The notes under the pieces: model-generated | Told to the model about the DNA's origin: nothing | Database searches by the model: none | What the model saw: the letters and a program-made list of their open reading frames with translations, nothing else | Shown here: one piece after another, positions 38,773-49,100 of the stretch | How the letters are laid out: each line of letters starts with the position of its first letter | Position numbering within the stretch: the stretch's first letter is position 1 | Made by a program: the position numbers and the translations under genes | Source of the DNA: Candidatus Puniceispirillum sp. | GTDB lineage: Bacteria; Electryoneota; RPQS01; DYHQ01 | Assembly (NCBI GenBank): GCA_020724065.1 | Contig: DYHQ01000001.1 | Location: forward strand, 26,782-90,781 | DNA: 64,000 nt | Direction: 5' to 3'

Positions 38773-41700
38773 ATGCAACTTCTTTCGATAGAATTGTCCG
38801 GATTCAAGTCGTTTCCCAAGCCGACGAAGATTGCGTTTGCACCCGGCGTTACTTCGATTGTTGGACCCAACGGATGCGGGAAAACGAATATTGTGGACGC
38901 GGTGCGTTGGGCTTTGGGTGAACAGAAAACTTCCGTCTTGCGCTCCGAGCGGATGGACAATGTCGTTTTCAATGGAACGGCGACACGCAAACCTCTGGGG
39001 ATGGCGGAGGTGAGCATAAACATCAACAATAGCGACGGCGGGTTGCCAACGCCTTATGCTGAAGTGGAAATCAAGCGTCGAATTTACCGCGATGGAGGAG
39101 GCGAGTATTTTCTAAATGGCGAGTTGTGTCGCCTGAAGGATATTGTCGAGCTGCTTCAGGATACCGGCATGGGGCCGGACAGCTACAGCATTCTTGAGCT
39201 TCGCATGGTCGAAGAGATTCTGCGCGAGGGAGGAGACGGGCGGCGCCATCTTTTTGAAGAGGTGGCTGGAGTTGCCAAATATAAATCGCGCCGCCAGCAG
39301 GCACAAAATAAGCTCAGCCAGACAGACGAAGATCTGAAACGCTTGGCCGACATTCTGACGGAAGTTGACCGCCGGGTCTCGTCGTTGAAACGTCAGGTGG
39401 CGCGCGCCCGGCGGTATCAGAAACTTGAGGCTGAAATGGCATCGGCTGAGCTCAGCATCCTGTGGCGCAGCTACGAGAGATTTCAAACGGAGCTTGCCCC
39501 TCTGGAACAGGAGATGAAACGCAGCGCCGATTCGTCTCTTACTGTGCGCAGTCTCTTGCGAGTCGAAGAAGCCCAACTGGAACAGCTCCGGACTGACGCT
39601 CTCGCCGCGGAGAAAGCGCTGGCGCAGATTCGCGCTGCTCTGGAAATCTGCGTCTCTGAAATAGCCGCCTTGGAAACCGAGAATGCGACGCTGGACACGC
39701 GAGCCAACGCCGCGCGCGACACGATTAGCCATTCGGAACGAACACGAATCCTGTTAGAAGAGAAACAAGGGGTTCTCGCGCGGAAGAAGGAGTCTCAAGA
39801 GAGCGAAAGACAGAGATTGACCAAGGCTCTGCAGGCCGCCGAAAGTGAACTTGCCACAGCTCAAAAGGAGTATGAAGAGCAAGAGAAAACGCTCGAGGAG
39901 ATTCTCTACCGTGCTCGCCATCACGATAAACATTCGGCAAGTCTCCGCGCCGATGTGACAGCAAAAGGACGGCAGCTTTCAGAGAAAGAAACGGCATGGG
40001 CAAGCTTGACGGGCCGGCGGGAGACCCATCAACAAGAACTCGCGCAAATGGCGGAGCAGACGAAAGCTTTGGAGGCTCAGGCCGGGCAGGCGACAAAGCG
40101 AGAGACCGAGCTTCAAGAGACATTCGTGAAACTCCAACAGGACGAGGCGGCGCTTCAGCAGCGACACAGAACCCAAACTGAGAGTATTCAAAGTAAAGAG
40201 GAGAGTCTTCGAGCATTGCAGCAGGCGATTGACTTGGCGGCCAATCAAATCGAAATGCTGAAGACACTCTATGAGAGGGGCCCGCGCTCGAATCCCGCTC
40301 TGAAGTTTCTCCGTCAGCAGCGGGTCGCCGGACTCGTGGAGCTCCTGGGTGATGCTCTGGATGTGCCTGAGACTTATTCGCGTGCTTTCGAGGCTATCTT
40401 GGGTCCGGCGGCCTATTACTACCTTGTCGAATCCAGCGAGACCGCTTTTGAAGCGATTGAAGCGTTGCGGCAGTCGGGAGCAGGGCAAGCCGTTTTCGTA
40501 CCCATTCGCGATCTTCAGCAGTCGGAGATACCTCAGCCGACACTGCCCGAGGGAACCTTGGGACGCGCCATAGATTTCTTGAATGGACGCCTTGATGACC
40601 CCATCGCGTGCCACTTTCTCGGGAAGGTGGTTATTGTCAAGGATTGGGCGACGGTCTGCGCGCTTCAGGTCTGGGGCAAAGAAAATGATTTGACGCTCGT
40701 CAGTCTGGATGGCGAATGGATCACGCCTGAGGGCGTCATGTGCGGTGGCGCGGCCGCGATGAAAGTGCCGGCCGACTTCGGATTGAAGAGGCAGATTTCG
40801 CTTCTGAGGCAGAGACTTGATGAATCGCGTGCGAACTTGGCGAAGGCCAGTAGTGCTCACGCTGAACTTCTCACGCAGCGTACCTCGATTGACCAAGAAC
40901 TAATGAAAATCCGAGAGCGAATCGCTTCCTTTGGGAATGAACTTACCCATTTGCGTGAAAGCCGGCTTCAGAGATGCGCTCTTCAGGAGCACCTGCAGAA
41001 TCGCCAAGCGACGATTGAGACCGAATTAGCGACATTGATTGCAGCTATTGAATCGGCAAGCGGCGGGATTCAAACGGATTCGCGCGCTCTGGCGGAGGCG
41101 CAGGAGCGATTGGACAAGGCCGTTTCATCGGGTAGCGATTTGGAGAAAGAAATGGCTGCGGCGCGTCGGCAGTCTGCTCTTGTGAAAGAGAAATTTCATC
41201 GCGCCGAGCGACAGCACGATGATGCGAAGCATCGGCTGCAGATCGCCGAGCTCGAGCTGCAAGGCATTGTCAATTCCTCAGGAGAGATTCTCGCCGAGCT
41301 TCAAGCAAGTGAGCAGCGAGCGACACAAGCCGCGAAGGAAGAAGGCGAAATCGCGCACCGCAAGAGCGAAGTCGAAGCACAGCTTCTGGAGAAATTCCGC
41401 AAGAGAGACGCAGTTTCTTCTGCGCTGGATCGGCAAAATACACATCTGGACGAGGCGCGAGGAAAGGTGCGAGAGCAGGAAGACAAGCTGCGGACCCTCC
41501 GCGCGGGACGAGAAGAAGGCTTGGAGGGAGAGCGCAAGCTCGAGCGAGAAATCACACGCCTGCAAGCCGAACGCGACGCCCTGGTGACTGGTGCCCGCAG
41601 CAAGTACGTCTTGGACCTGTCCTCTCCCGATTTTGCGGCGACGCATCCCGAGATTGTTTCAGCCGAGGTGGCTGAGCAAACGGTTGCTGACTTGGCCGTG

Positions 41701-42306
41701 AAAATACAACAGTTGGAACCCGTCAATCTTCTGGCGATTGAGGAGTTCGAGCAGGAGAATGCGCGGCTGCAAACTATGGTCGCCAACCGCGACGACCTCC
41801 TGAAAGCCAAGGCAACTCTCGAAGAGACGATCTCAAGGATCAACGAAACGGCGCAATCAAGATTCCTGGAAACCTTCGGAAAGGTTCGGGCCAACTTCCA
41901 GAAACTGTTCAGGGAGTTTTTTGGAACGGGTGAGGCAGATCTTATTCTTAGCGGGACGGATCTCTTGGAGGCGGATGTCACGCTTTGGGCGAATCCCTCA
42001 GGAAAACGGTTGAAGTCGCTTTCTCTGATGTCGGGAGGAGAGAAGGCGATGACGGCCATCGCGCTGCTCTTTGCTCTGTATCAAGTAAAACCATCGCCTT
42101 TTTGCATTTTGGACGAGGTGGATGCACCTCTGGACGATGCGAATATTGTCCGTTTCAATGAGATGATTCGGCGTCATTCTGAGGAAACACAGTTTATTCT
42201 TGTCACCCACAACAAGCGGACGATGGAGGCCGCGGATACCCTGTGGGGTGTGACCATGGAGGAAGACGGGGTCTCGAAAGTTGTGTCCGTTCGTTTGCTT
42301 GCTTAG
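38773..42306 (+). CDS. smc: Chromosome segregation protein SMC
   Basis: GFKSF, Walker A GPNGCGKTN, coiled coils flanking a hinge, LSLMSGGEK, ILDEVDAPLD, VTH. Confidence 0.96.
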   Translation: MQLLSIELSGFKSFPKPTKIAFAPGVTSIVGPNGCGKTNIVDAVRWALGEQKTSVLRSERMDNVVFNGTATRKPLGMAEVSININNSDGGLPTPYAEVEIKRRIYRDGGGEYFLNGELCRLKDIVELLQDTGMGPDSYSILELRMVEEILREGGDGRRHLFEEVAGVAKYKSRRQQAQNKLSQTDEDLKRLADILTEVDRRVSSLKRQVARARRYQKLEAEMASAELSILWRSYERFQTELAPLEQEMKRSADSSLTVRSLLRVEEAQLEQLRTDALAAEKALAQIRAALEICVSEIAALETENATLDTRANAARDTISHSERTRILLEEKQGVLARKKESQESERQRLTKALQAAESELATAQKEYEEQEKTLEEILYRARHHDKHSASLRADVTAKGRQLSEKETAWASLTGRRETHQQELAQMAEQTKALEAQAGQATKRETELQETFVKLQQDEAALQQRHRTQTESIQSKEESLRALQQAIDLAANQIEMLKTLYERGPRSNPALKFLRQQRVAGLVELLGDALDVPETYSRAFEAILGPAAYYYLVESSETAFEAIEALRQSGAGQAVFVPIRDLQQSEIPQPTLPEGTLGRAIDFLNGRLDDPIACHFLGKVVIVKDWATVCALQVWGKENDLTLVSLDGEWITPEGVMCGGAAAMKVPADFGLKRQISLLRQRLDESRANLAKASSAHAELLTQRTSIDQELMKIRERIASFGNELTHLRESRLQRCALQEHLQNRQATIETELATLIAAIESASGGIQTDSRALAEAQERLDKAVSSGSDLEKEMAAARRQSALVKEKFHRAERQHDDAKHRLQIAELELQGIVNSSGEILAELQASEQRATQAAKEEGEIAHRKSEVEAQLLEKFRKRDAVSSALDRQNTHLDEARGKVREQEDKLRTLRAGREEGLEGERKLEREITRLQAERDALVTGARSKYVLDLSSPDFAATHPEIVSAEVAEQTVADLAVKIQQLEPVNLLAIEEFEQENARLQTMVANRDDLLKAKATLEETISRINETAQSRFLETFGKVRANFQKLFREFFGTGEADLILSGTDLLEADVTLWANPSGKRLKSLSLMSGGEKAMTAIALLFALYQVKPSPFCILDEVDAPLDDANIVRFNEMIRRHSEETQFILVTHNKRTMEAADTLWGVTMEEDGVSKVVSVRLLA

Positions 42307-42315
42307 AGGTTGGTC

Positions 42316-43761
42316 ATGATGAAACCAATAAGGACTATCGGGGGTACCGCCATGTGGTTCATAGGATTGCTTCTCTTGCTTTCCCTTATGGGGCAAGCAC
42401 GCCCAGCGGAAGCGGGCTTGGCCATTGACCTGGATTACGCGTGCTTCCGCGGGCGCGATTCACTTGTTTATGTCGAGGTGTTCGCCTCGGTGCAGCGTTC
42501 ACAGCTTGTGTATGCTCAAACCGATTCGGGACTCGCCGCTCGGTTTCGGCTTGCCATGAGCATGGTGCGGAGTGGCGAGGTCATAGCTTCGGACACGCTT
42601 CAAGGCTTTGACATGGTTACCGATTCCAGTGAACTCAGGGCCGGTCAATTCTTCCCGTATGTGTTCGCCTTCTATTTGAAACCTGGGCACTATGAGGCTC
42701 AAGCCGATCTGGAAGATGAGACGAGTGGAGTCAGCGAACGCAAGACCGTTTCGACAGTCATCGAACAGGCCTCCACGGATTCGTTGGCGATGTCCGATAT
42801 CGAACTGGCCTGCCTTGTCGAAAAAACGGACGAAGTCTCACGGTTCTGGAAAAACGGCTTTCGCGTTCTTCCTAATCCGGTACGATTCTATGGAACGCAA
42901 CTGCCGCTTTTTTATTATTATTGTGAGTTGTACAACTTCAGATTCTTTCCTGATTCTCCTGACAGCTTCATGATTCACCGGCAGATTCGAGCGGCCGAAA
43001 CGGGGACGGTGGTCCGCTCGTTGCCAGCTCGCGTCAAGAAGAAGGCCGGAGCAACCGCGGTCGAGGCTGACGGATTTCCCATTACGACCTTAAGTACGGG
43101 CACCTACAGCTTTGAAATCCGTATCACCGACCTCTACGACAATTGCGTGGCTGAAGAAGTCAAGAAGTTCTGGGTGTATCGCCCGGAGGATTTTGAAGCG
43201 GGTCGCAGAACAGCGACGGATTCGCTTTTTGTTGGACGGCTTGCTGAGTTCGCACAGCCTGCGGCAGACATCGAGAATGCGGAAGTTGCGCTGGAGCAGA
43301 TGCGCCATATCCTGACGGCGGATGAGATTGCTCGTGTCCGGAGGCTGACTCCCGAGGGGAAAGTCCAGTTCTTGCGAGAGTATTGGGAGCGCGTGGCTCA
43401 GCCGGAAGGGATAACCCCCGAGCTTGCGCGATGGAAATACTTCAGCCGTATTGAAGAGGCCAATCGGCGATTTTCATACCTGAAAAAGGAAGGTTGGAAG
43501 ACAGACCGCGGTCGCGTCTACGCCCAACTGGGGCCCCCGGATTTGGTGGATTATCGCACGGCGCAGGAAGACACACCGGACCATGAAATCTGGTACTATG
43601 ACAAAATCGAAGGAGGCGTGCAATTCGTCTTCGCCGATAAGTCCGGCTTTGGGGACCTGGAGCTTGTGCACTCGACGAAGCGTGGCGAGATTTCCGATCT
43701 CAACTGGCTCAAGACACTGAGTGGGCGGCCGTTGGACGAACGAACGAGACTCTCACAATGA
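42316..43761 (+). CDS. GWxTD domain-containing exported protein
   Basis: Signal peptide, DYACFR, C-terminal RIEEANRRFS..GWKTDRGRVY..LGPPD..EIWYY..FVF.D..GFG. Confidence 0.88.
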   Translation: MMKPIRTIGGTAMWFIGLLLLLSLMGQARPAEAGLAIDLDYACFRGRDSLVYVEVFASVQRSQLVYAQTDSGLAARFRLAMSMVRSGEVIASDTLQGFDMVTDSSELRAGQFFPYVFAFYLKPGHYEAQADLEDETSGVSERKTVSTVIEQASTDSLAMSDIELACLVEKTDEVSRFWKNGFRVLPNPVRFYGTQLPLFYYYCELYNFRFFPDSPDSFMIHRQIRAAETGTVVRSLPARVKKKAGATAVEADGFPITTLSTGTYSFEIRITDLYDNCVAEEVKKFWVYRPEDFEAGRRTATDSLFVGRLAEFAQPAADIENAEVALEQMRHILTADEIARVRRLTPEGKVQFLREYWERVAQPEGITPELARWKYFSRIEEANRRFSYLKKEGWKTDRGRVYAQLGPPDLVDYRTAQEDTPDHEIWYYDKIEGGVQFVFADKSGFGDLELVHSTKRGEISDLNWLKTLSGRPLDERTRLSQ

Positions 43762-44510
43762 ACTCCACCGCGCAAATTGTCACTGAAGGACTCTCGAAGA
43801 CTTACTATGACAGTCGCCGTGGGGCTATTCATGCGGCGGTTGACATTGGCATTGCGTGCAGCGCCGGCGAGGTTTTTGGGCTTTTGGGAACCAATGGTGC
43901 TGGCAAGACGACGACCCTGCGCATGCTGTCAACGGTTCTGCAACCAACCAGCGGGAGGGCATGGGTGGCCGGTTTTGAGGTTAGCGAGAATCCTCAAGCA
44001 ATTCGGGAGCGTATCGGATTTCTCTCGAGCGATACGGGCATCTATGGCCGTCTGACGGCGCGGGAGATGATGCGTTATTTCGGGCAACTTTGTGGGATGC
44101 CTTCCGAGATGATTGAGAGGCGTGTTGAAGAGATTAGCGCTCGTTTTGATATGAAGGAATTTCTCGACAGCCGTTGTGAAAAACTTTCCAGCGGTCAAAG
44201 GCAGAGAGTCTCGATTGGGCGCACGATTATTCATGACCCACCGGTGCTGATCTTAGACGAACCCACCGCAGGGCTGGATGTCCTGGCGGCAGCGGAAATC
44301 GTTCGTTTTATCCATCAAGCGCGTTCTGAAGGCCGATGTGTTCTTCTGTCCACGCATATCATGCGCGAAGCGGAGAAACTGTGTGACCGGATTGCCATTC
44401 TCCACGAGGGGCGCATTCAAGCCTGTGGACCTCTGGACCAGCTCTATCAAAGCATGCAAACGACTGATCTTGAAGAGGTCTTCATGCACGTTGTCGGGAT
44501 GGCCGTGTAG
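43758..44510 (+). CDS. ABC transporter ATP-binding protein (NatA-like)
   Basis: [23 protein letters not shown]. No permease adjacent. Confidence 0.9.
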   Translation: MNSTAQIVTEGLSKTYYDSRRGAIHAAVDIGIACSAGEVFGLLGTNGAGKTTTLRMLSTVLQPTSGRAWVAGFEVSENPQAIRERIGFLSSDTGIYGRLTAREMMRYFGQLCGMPSEMIERRVEEISARFDMKEFLDSRCEKLSSGQRQRVSIGRTIIHDPPVLILDEPTAGLDVLAAAEIVRFIHQARSEGRCVLLSTHIMREAEKLCDRIAILHEGRIQACGPLDQLYQSMQTTDLEEVFMHVVGMAV

Positions 44511-44616
44511 TCTATTGGCAACCCTGTTGGCACTTATTTTGCTCGTTAAGTCGGTGGAATAGAAATGTCTATCCAAGCAACGCCGGTAAGCTCAATGATG
44601 AAGAGGAGAGCAAAGG

Positions 44617-45828
44617 ATGTCTCCAACGCAATCTGAACACTACAAGCTCTTGGTCATAGACGATGATAAGGCAATTCTTGCCTTCCTGCAGGAGAGTTTT
44701 TCACGCGACGGGTATCAAGTGTATCTTGCCGCGACGCTCGCCGAGGCTCGCGCTCTCCTGGCTCGGCATGAAGTCCATGTGGTTCTGTCCGACCAGAATC
44801 TTCCGGACGGGAACGGAGTTGATTTCTTGGCGGAATTACACGGGACGGGTATCGAAGCGATTCCGATTTTGATGACCGGTTATGCTGACCTGAACATCGC
44901 TCTGGATGCGATTAATCGCGGCAAGGTTTACAAATTTGTAAGAAAGCCGGTGGACCATATCCTCCTGAAGCAGATTGTCCAAAGGGCGGCGGAGCATTAT
45001 GCGTTGCTTGAGGAGAAGAAGCGTTTGGCTAGTGAGGTACTTCGTTACAACGAGCTTCTTCGTCGAGATTCGGAGCTCCAATCCCGTGACCTCAAGTCGG
45101 CTCACTCAAAGATTCAGAAACACAGTCAAACGCTGCGCAAGCAGAAAGAGCAAATTGAAACGCTTTACACTGAAATTCAATCGGCCTATCTTCACACGGT
45201 GACTTCCTTGTGCGTGGCGATCGAGGCAAAGGATTTATACACGCGGGGTCATAGCGACCGCATCTATTACTATTGCACGCTTACTAGCCGACGCCTCGGA
45301 TTGGACAATGCGAGTTTTGAGGAACTGAAGCTGGCTGGCGTTCTTCATGATATTGGGAAGATCGGCATTCCGGATAGCATCCTGCGAAAGACCTCGGCAC
45401 TCACCGAATCCGAACATGCCATGATTCGCACGCACCTTGATTTTGCGGACAAAATCCTCATGCCGCTTCCCTTTCTGGAAAAAACACGGCGCATTGTGAG
45501 ACAACACCATGAGCGGTATGATGGAACAGGCTATCCGGATGGTCTGAAAGGGGAAGAGATTTCGATCGAAGGCCGCATTTTGGCCGTCGCCGATGCCTAC
45601 GATGCGATGCGTTCTAATCGCTCGTATCGAAATGCCCTCACGATGCGGGCGGCTTTTGATCAATTGGAAGCGGAGTCCGGCAAGCAATTCTGCCCATTGT
45701 GCGTTGCGGCTCTGCGCACGGGTATTAGCGAAGAGGGAGAGTATCCTCAGGCTGCGCAAGCGTCCGCTCCCTCCTTGCCGCCGCCCCAAGCAAAACCCTC
45801 CCGCCTGCGCTCAAGAGTCTCACATTGA
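44617..45828 (+). CDS. Response regulator with HD-GYP cyclic-dinucleotide phosphodiesterase domain (RpfG-like)
   Basis: REC domain (VIDDD, SDQNLP, MTG, KP), coiled coil, KD.YT.GHS, HDIGK, HHERYDGTGYP, VADAYDAM..R.YR. Confidence 0.92.
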   Translation: MSPTQSEHYKLLVIDDDKAILAFLQESFSRDGYQVYLAATLAEARALLARHEVHVVLSDQNLPDGNGVDFLAELHGTGIEAIPILMTGYADLNIALDAINRGKVYKFVRKPVDHILLKQIVQRAAEHYALLEEKKRLASEVLRYNELLRRDSELQSRDLKSAHSKIQKHSQTLRKQKEQIETLYTEIQSAYLHTVTSLCVAIEAKDLYTRGHSDRIYYYCTLTSRRLGLDNASFEELKLAGVLHDIGKIGIPDSILRKTSALTESEHAMIRTHLDFADKILMPLPFLEKTRRIVRQHHERYDGTGYPDGLKGEEISIEGRILAVADAYDAMRSNRSYRNALTMRAAFDQLEAESGKQFCPLCVAALRTGISEEGEYPQAAQASAPSLPPPQAKPSRLRSRVSH

Positions 45829-45928
45829 GCACCTAACACCCTGATTATCAGGAAATTGGGGGACGGGGATTCACCGGTTGCGCCGGAACGCTGGGTGGCA
45901 GTTGGACCGGCGGCTTGCACGAATGGGC

Positions 45929-45957
45929 TTGACTTTCTGAGTTTATTTTTGTAGAAT
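45929..45957 (+). promoter_or_regulatory. sigma70-type promoter upstream of the porU leader
   Basis: TTGACT (45929-45934), 17 bp spacer, TAGAAT (45952-45957). Confidence 0.7.
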
Positions 45958-45964
45958 TTAAAAC

Positions 45965-46145
45965 ATCAGACGGCTTGCCAGGAGATAAATGCCCCTTCCT
46001 TAAGAGGATTTTTGAGTCGGGAATTCGATTTCAAAGACTACATCCTCCGTCGTTACCTCTTCCGGCAGGGCGCTATCTCCTTTCAAGTTTCTTGCGACCG
46101 AATGATTCAGGTAACGAATGTTCGGTTTTTTTGTTGTCAACCGTC
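45965..46145 (+). ncRNA. Candidate structured cis-regulatory 5' leader with terminator-like hairpin
   Basis: Several nested complementary segments plus an ACCGAA..TTCGGT hairpin with a T7 tract (46097-46132). No known family recognised. Confidence 0.4.
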
Positions 46146-46160
46146 GGGAACTACTCATTT

Positions 46161-49100
46161 ATGCGATACGGATGGATTGTCGCTCTTCTCGGTCTTCCGC
46201 TGATTCTCTTCGCCAGTGCGCTGGAAATCGAGGTGTCAAACTCGACGATGTGCCGATTCGCCTATGCGCCGGGACCGGCCACGGTGCATGCGGATACGGT
46301 GAGAGCTGGAGCATTAGTGCGCGAATGGATGGACACGGATGAAACCGTTGCGGGTGGACTCCGACAGCCAGTCCGGCATGTGTATGTTGTGTTACCGCCC
46401 AAGGCAGTGCCCGTTCTGGAAACTGGCGATTTGCAGACCCATTGGGAATCCGGAGGGCTTGCCGCTCCTGACCCGACTTGGCCTGAAATGACTGGGCGGG
46501 CGACGCCCGAGAGTTTCGCGAAGCTTGTCGAGGAATTCCGCTGGCGGGATTTTCGGCTCGCTCATATAGAAATCTATCCCGTCCGAGAGTGGGGTGGAGG
46601 CGCCAACCTGCTGGAGAGAGTGCGTTGCACCATTCAGTTCGTGGGCGGGCAAATATCCGGGCAACCACCGCGGGATTTGCAGATTCTGTCGAGATTGGCT
46701 GTCAATGGAGGTATCGGGGCGACTTGGTGGGAAGCGCCCGTGCGCCGGCCCGAAAGAACGAGTTCGACCTGGCCCGAAGGAGACCTCTACAAAATATCTG
46801 TTCGTGAAACAGGCCTGTACCGGGTATCAGGTGAATGGCTTCAATCGCACGGAGTCAATTTCATCGGACAAGCAACGCGCAAGCTTCACCTCTTGGGAAA
46901 CGGAGGTCATCTGTTGCCGCGAGACTTCAACCGCGCGCGGGATACGCTTTTCGTTGAAGACGCTATTTGGGTCGAGGATGGTGGCGATGGAAACTTCGAT
47001 CCAGAGGACTACTTCATTTTTTACGGGCAAGGACTGAAGGGTTTCGATTATATTGACGGAGATTCGTACCATCTGTACGAATTGGCCCATCACAGTCCCT
47101 ACTCGCAGGACAATGCCTATTTTGTGCAGTATGATGCCAATGGGCCGGATGGGTTGAGGATGCCTTCACTTCCTGCCGGTTCGGTGGGAGGGCAACCGGT
47201 CACCGGAACGCGGGGTCGAGTGGTGCGCGACGATGACCTTTTCATTTTCAACACGGATGCTTTCAGTGAGTCGGGTCTTGTCTGGTTTATGGCGACTGTT
47301 GCTCCGGGAGATGTGCGCTCGTTCGTGACCACACTGCCCGGAGTCACCGATGGTTCGGGGCGCATGAAATTGGATTTCAAGGTTCGCGGCAGTGGCAGTC
47401 CCAAGCTCACCATTTCTGTGAACGACTCGATTCTCTTGGAGAACTACTATAGTGAGTTTGCCTTTGAGATTGCCTTTTCTTCCGGTGTGCTTGTTCCAGG
47501 GTCAAACAACCTCACGATTGAGAACACGGGGAATCAATCTACCTTGCTGAACTTCATCGAGTACGATTATGCGAGGGATTTGTCGTCCAGCGGTGGGGAG
47601 CTTTTCTTCGAAGCTCCCACGAGCACAACGGGACTATATCGCTATGAACTGCCGGATCTGACTGCTCCCCACGTCATTGATATTACAGATCCACTTCATC
47701 CTCGAATGGGTCGCTCCAATATTTTCGTAGATAGTTCATGGGTGGATATGCCTCGGCAGTACTACGCTTGTTCCCCTGAGCGCCTGCGCACAGCGCAGTG
47801 GGTGGGGAAGGATATTCATGAAACGGAAGACTACGACATCCTGCGCCGTGCCGGCCGACAAACCGATATGATTATCATCATACCGGATGAATGGTTCGAT
47901 ATGCTCGCGCCCTTGAAAACCTTTCACGAGAGCCATGCGGAAGAGCCTCTCACCGTCATCCGGGTGAGACTGAGCGACATCTACGATGAGTTTGCATGGG
48001 GAAATAGCGATCCCGTGGCTATTCGAGACTTCCTCCATTACGCGTTCGCAAATTGGCGTGGCTCTGACGGAGCCCAAGAAGCGCCTCGCTATCTAGTGCT
48101 CGTGGGCGATGGGAATTACGACTACCGAAATATTCTGCTGACCTCGGATCATAACTGGATGCCACCGTGGGAGAAAGACGGAGATTGTTTCGACGACTTC
48201 TACTCGGAATTCGGGGGTCCACTACCGAATCTGTACACAGGCCGTCTGCCGGTTCAGTCGTCCACCGAACTGCAAGTGACCCTCGACAAAATCACTCAAT
48301 ACGGAGGAAATCCCCTATATGGTCCTTGGAAGAACACTGCAACTTTTGTCGCGGACGACGAGTATAAAAACGGTTGCAAGTCTGGTGAACATGTTCATAC
48401 CGAGGACTCGGAGGAGATTCTGAAGGCCGTTTTGCCCTCGTATTTCACTTTCAAGAAAATCTACGAAATCTTTTATCCATTTCGGTCGAGTCCTACCGGT
48501 GGATTCAAACCCGACGCGACGCGCGATCTGCTCGAATGTATAAACCGTGGGACGCTCATCGTCAACTACATGGGACATGGGAATCCCGAGGTATGGTCCG
48601 ACGAGCAGGTCTTTGTTTCGGGCAGAGACAGTCCGCTTATCGAAAACGGGCGCATGTTGGGCTTCTTTGTTGCCGCGACCTGTAGCTGGGGTCAATTCGA
48701 TACACCCCTTCTGCGCTGCCACCCCGAAGTGCTCATGGCCAAGTTCGGCGCAGGTGCGATCGGTGCTCTGGCCGCCACTCGTTTCACCACGCCGATCAGC
48801 AATAATGCTCTGCTCATTTGGTTCTATGATTCGCTGTTCGAGCAGCGATGGCCTCGGACTTCTCTGGGAGAGGCGCTCTTTCTTTCCAAGGGAGTCTCGC
48901 AGTCGAACTCCGAGCGGTATCATCTCTTCGGTGATCCCGCTTTGCGCCTCGCGACTCCTGAGGGGAGCGCGCGCGTCACCCAGCTTTCATCGGATTCCCT
49001 TCAAGCGCTTTCACTCTTTACAATTGAGGGAGAGGTTTTGCGGGACACCGTACAGCTTTGGGAGGATTTCGCCGGGATCGTGGAAGCGAGAGTCTATGAC

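Noticed and set aside
45965..46145. 6S RNA or a known c-di-GMP riboswitch
   Set aside because: The size and end-to-end pairing are suggestive, but I could not see the 6S central-bubble layout or c-di-GMP-I/II consensus. Left as an unknown motif.
45975..46160. 62-codon N-terminal extension of porU given by the ORF track
   Set aside because: A normal signal peptide starts at ATG 46161, and the upstream segment looks like structured RNA with a T-tract.
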